Origin: a virus | Taxonomy: Duplodnaviria; Heunggongvirae; Uroviricota; Caudoviricetes | Virus record (IMG/VR): IMGVR_UViG_2585427795_000005 | Length of the DNA: 19,823 nucleotides | Direction: 5' to 3' (one strand) | Part shown: positions 19,384-19,823 of the stretch, piece by piece | Numbering within the stretch: position 1 is the stretch's first letter | How the letters are laid out: the number at the start of each line of letters is the position of its first letter | Notes under the pieces: generated by a model | The model's input: only the letters and a program-made list of their open reading frames with translations | What the model was told of the DNA's origin: nothing | Database searches by the model: none | Made by a program: the position numbers and the translations under genes

Positions 19384-19823
19384 GGTAATGACTCCAACTT
19401 ATTGATAGTGTTTTATGTTCAGATAATGCCCGATGACTTTGTCATGCAGCTCCACCGATTTTGAGAACGACAGCGACTTCCGTCCCAGCCGTGCCAGGTG
19501 CTGCCTCAGATTCAGGTTATGCCGCTCAATTCGCTGCGTATATCGCTTGCTGATTACGTGCAGCTTTCCCTTCAGGCGGGATTCATACAGCGGCCAGCCA
19601 TCCGTCATCCATATCACCACGTCAAAGGGTGACAGCAGGCTCATAAGACGCCCCAGCGTCGCCATAGTGCGTTCACCGAATACGTGCGCAACAACCGTCT
19701 TCCGGAGCCTGTCATACGCGTAAAACAGCCAGCGCTGGCGCGATTTAGCCCCGACGTATCCCCACTGTTCGTCCATTTCCGCGCAGACGATGACGTCACT
19801 GCCCGGCTGTATGCGCGAGGTTA
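19384..19823 (-). mobile_element. IS1 insertion sequence, second partial copy (continues right of the window), a divergent isoform
   Basis: Terminal repeat GGTAATGACTCCAACTTATTGATAGTG from 19384; InsB ORF on the minus strand; same orientation as the left copy. Confidence 0.93.
19399..19823 (-). CDS. insB: IS1 InsB (transposase catalytic part), 5' end outside the window
   Basis: Translation ...[125 protein letters not shown]. Confidence 0.9.
   Translation of the reverse strand, partial: TSRIQPGSDVIVCAEMDEQWGYVGAKSRQRWLFYAYDRLRKTVVAHVFGERTMATLGRLMSLLSPFDVVIWMTDGWPLYESRLKGKLHVISKRYTQRIERHNLNLRQHLARLGRKSLSFSKSVELHDKVIGHYLNIKHYQ

Overview
This window reads as a P1-like phage-plasmid backbone from an enterobacterium, bracketed by two non-identical IS1 copies in direct orientation (1..409 and 19384..19823, both cut by the window edges). 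Between them, left to right: an IS1-truncated backbone gene, ref, a cra-position ORF, cre, loxP (3780..3813), the immC region with coi and c1, the packaging genes pacB/pacA with the pac site inside pacA, lpa, two uncharacterised ORFs, and the doc/phd addiction module with its operator. A complete type IC restriction-modification operon (hsdM-hsdS-hsdR, 10728..16766) follows, with a triple 12-bp TAEL repeat in hsdS. The last 2.6 kb holds a small hydrophobic ORF and a cluster of uncharacterised genes (a HAD-type phosphatase, a 371-aa coiled-coil protein, a 72-aa protein) under C1-operator-like sites. Eight strong matches to the P1 C1 operator consensus ATTGCTCTAATAAATTT are scattered through the window. 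The best candidates for something undescribed are the C1-controlled cluster at 17031..19172, the 28-aa ORF at 16846..16932 with a conserved leader element that recurs three times, and the Cys/His-rich protein between doc and lpa. The hsd operon is a known system type in an unusual place. All identifications are from reading the sequence and recalled protein families; no database search was run, and my recollection of canonical P1 gene order is uncertain where stated.
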